A DNA stretch of 64,000 bases from an uncultured Acidobacteriota bacterium (GTDB taxonomy: Bacteria > Acidobacteriota > Terriglobia > UBA7540). Positions 61,940 to 64,000 of this stretch are shown piece after piece (position 1 is the stretch's first letter; each line of letters opens with the position of its first letter). Location: assembly GCA_963804995.1 (NCBI GenBank), contig CAWDSK010000006.1:352001-416000 (forward strand), given 5' to 3'. The notes below the pieces were generated by a model. It worked only from the letters and a program-made list of their open reading frames with translations, did no database searches and was not told where the DNA came from. A program made the position numbers and the translations under genes.

Positions 61940-62117
61940 GCTGCGCCACGCCGGAGATCCTCACCGTTGCGCAAAGTGGGAAGTTACAAGCGCGGCGATT
62001 ACAGTTCGAACGGCGCCTGAGGTCCTATCACCCATTTTGAATTCCGCCTCTTCAACTTGTTTCGGCGAGTAGCGCGGACCGGTTGGTAAGGTCCACGGCT
62101 CTTAACAGGAAGAATCT

Positions 62118-63026
62118 CTACAAGGAAAAACCGTAGACCTGAGAGGCAAGGTCTGCTCCAGCCAGCGTGCTATTCGACGGGGACGTAGCTTCCTTACCGA
62201 AAAATGCCCGCCTCATGTCCTCCGGGAGGCTGCAACGTTGTGATGCGTGGGGATTGAGAAATAGTCTCATGCCGTACCAAATCTCCCGGTCATTCTGCTC
62301 AATCCAGAAGATACCGATCCCCCCCAAGTTCTCATACCGGCGGTCAGAGAAGCATCCCTCCGTTCGCGCTGCGTACAGCGCCGCCCCGACCTGCATATCC
62401 GTATCATGCTGAAGGCTCACAAAGAAGTCATCCGCAACAATCAAGAGGTTAGGATTGTCAGAACGCAACTTCTTGTACGCCTTCGCCACGGCAGATTGAA
62501 CTTTCTGCCACGGAGCGACCCATCGTCCTTCGCAGTACAGGTTCTTCGGCTGCTTAAGCCTTCCACTCCTTCTTTCCTCCTCCGATACTTCGCCTTCCCA
62601 ACCAGGGCTCTTGACTTCAACGAATACCAGAACACCTGAAGGACCTGCGACTGAGAATTCGCCTTCTCCGGGCACACCCCGTGCGCCAACAGGTTCCCAG
62701 TTCTGGACTCGGAACTGGTTCCTATGCAAGTAAAAGGCTACGCGCAACTCGGCAAGTGCCGACTCGAACTGGTTCCAACGGCCCCGCAGCCGGGGAAGGT
62801 AGGCCGCAAATCGGTCTTGCGCAACTGCAAACGCAAGCACTTTCTCAACCTCGTCGGAAAACTTTTGGTGCGATGGAAAGGCTTTTTCGTCCCGCCAACG
62901 AGCGCCGTCTCTTACGGTTGCTACCAGACTATCGATGTGCACATGGTCCGGCGGTGACCTTCTTTCGCGCGCAGCCTGTTCGGCACGCCGATCTACTATG
63001 GTTCTGCTCAGTTCGTTAGGGTCCAT
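62118..63026 (-). CDS. Hypothetical protein with restriction-endonuclease-like motif
   Basis: AAGGAG RBS; ALAELRVA..GEFSV..VFVEVKSP..KAYKK. Confidence 0.65.
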   Translation of the reverse strand: MDPNELSRTIVDRRAEQAARERRSPPDHVHIDSLVATVRDGARWRDEKAFPSHQKFSDEVEKVLAFAVAQDRFAAYLPRLRGRWNQFESALAELRVAFYLHRNQFRVQNWEPVGARGVPGEGEFSVAGPSGVLVFVEVKSPGWEGEVSEEERRSGRLKQPKNLYCEGRWVAPWQKVQSAVAKAYKKLRSDNPNLLIVADDFFVSLQHDTDMQVGAALYAARTEGCFSDRRYENLGGIGIFWIEQNDREIWYGMRLFLNPHASQRCSLPEDMRRAFFGKEATSPSNSTLAGADLASQVYGFSL

Positions 63027-63123
63027 GGGCTCCTTGTCTTTTCTCGAAGCCGGGATCTCCAAATTTGATCTCCCGGCATCTAAGATTATACAACTCTTTG
63101 CCTCCAACCGAGCGGGTACCCGC

Positions 63124-63423
63124 CTAGTCAACGGAAACTTCCAGTAGAATAATGGATTCATCGCCACCGGAAAGCCTCACCGCTTTGGTGAATGACTTCC
63201 TCTCCAAGTGGGGAACTTTTTCGATAAGGTCGGCTTGTAAAAACGTGAATGATTTAGCGAAGCCTGAGAACTGTAATGTAAGCCATTCTTCGCCTAGCGA
63301 TACGATCCGCGCCGTATCTAATTCCCCAATAGGTTGGAACGATCCAGGGCGCTGGATTGATAATAGAGTTCCTTTGGTTTTCCACGCCAATAAAACACTC
63401 AACACTGCATCTTGTGAACGCAT
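63124..63423 (-). CDS. Small hypothetical protein
   Basis: GAGGAG RBS, 99 aa, beta-rich appearance. Confidence 0.5.
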   Translation of the reverse strand: MRSQDAVLSVLLAWKTKGTLLSIQRPGSFQPIGELDTARIVSLGEEWLTLQFSGFAKSFTFLQADLIEKVPHLERKSFTKAVRLSGGDESIILLEVSVD

Positions 63424-63541
63424 GTTTTGCCTTCTCCTCAAGCGAGTAGCGCGCACCTCTCGGCGAGGTCCGCAGCTCTTGCCCGGAAAAATCCCTACGA
63501 CGAAAAACCTCAGACCCGAAAAACCAAGTCTGGGCTGTTCG

Positions 63542-64000
63542 TCATTGATTCACCTGCTGCAACAGGCGCTCGTAATTCCGCTTATAGTCCGGGTTCTTGG
63601 GGTCAAGCATGTAGGCCGCGCGGTATTCCTCAAGAGCACCTTGGCGGTCGCCTTTCTGCTCCAGTGCGACGCCGAGGTTGTTGTAAGCCTCGCCGAGGAA
63701 GAAATGCGCCACGTCATTATTGGGGTTCAAGCGCAGGGCCTCACGGTATTCCGCGATCGCACCGGCCGTGTCGCCCTTGTGTCCGAGCGCCATCCCGAGG
63801 TTGAGGTGCGCCTTGTCATTATTGGGGTTTAGGCGCAGCGCTTGGCGTTCTTCAGTGATTTCTCCATTCCAGTCGCCCTTCTCTCCGAAGGCGGAGCCGA
63901 GGTTGTTGTGCACATCGGCATAATTGGGGTCAAGGCGTAGGGCTTCGAGGTATTCCGCGATCTCGCCATCCCGGTCGCCCTTCTCTCCGAGGGCGAATCC
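63542..64000 (-). CDS. TPR repeat protein, 3' part (runs off window)
   Basis: 34-aa repeats such as HNNLG...KGD..G.I.EYR.ALRLNP. Confidence 0.88.
   Translation of the reverse strand, partial: GFALGEKGDRDGEIAEYLEALRLDPNYADVHNNLGSAFGEKGDWNGEITEERQALRLNPNNDKAHLNLGMALGHKGDTAGAIAEYREALRLNPNNDVAHFFLGEAYNNLGVALEQKGDRQGALEEYRAAYMLDPKNPDYKRNYERLLQQVNQ

Overview
GC-rich bacterial window. The gene content (Oar-type TonB receptor, many Tat-exported sugar enzymes, TPR proteins) suggests an Acidobacteriota-like organism; this is inference. From left to right: (1) a type VI secretion locus edge (probable hcp start, tssC, tssB) with a divergent Ser/Thr kinase-FGE fusion and a PEGA-FGE protein; (2) a decayed mobile region at about 6.8-19.9 kb with a DUF1778/GNAT toxin-antitoxin pair, IS1 and integrase-core IS remnants, AbiE and a tRNA-Met 3' fragment as att scar; (3) a 9.3 kb defence cluster between 29-bp direct repeats, with a dndC pseudogene, truncated DpnA-like methylase, GHKL ATPase-nuclease, two D12 adenine methylases plus a PLD nuclease, a DpnI remnant and truncated cas3; (4) a carbohydrate uptake and catabolism region at 33.6-59 kb; (5) a set of toxin-antitoxin and hydrogenase fragments. 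Two signals are not explained by the gene calls. One is an exact 36/36/36-bp repeat-spacer-repeat inside a coding sequence, with the geometry of an ectopic Cas1-Cas2 integration. The other is that six frameshifts and one substitution in otherwise intact genes all fall on GACGT, which points to a modified DNA motif being systematically miscalled. All family calls are from motif recognition by eye; no searches were run.
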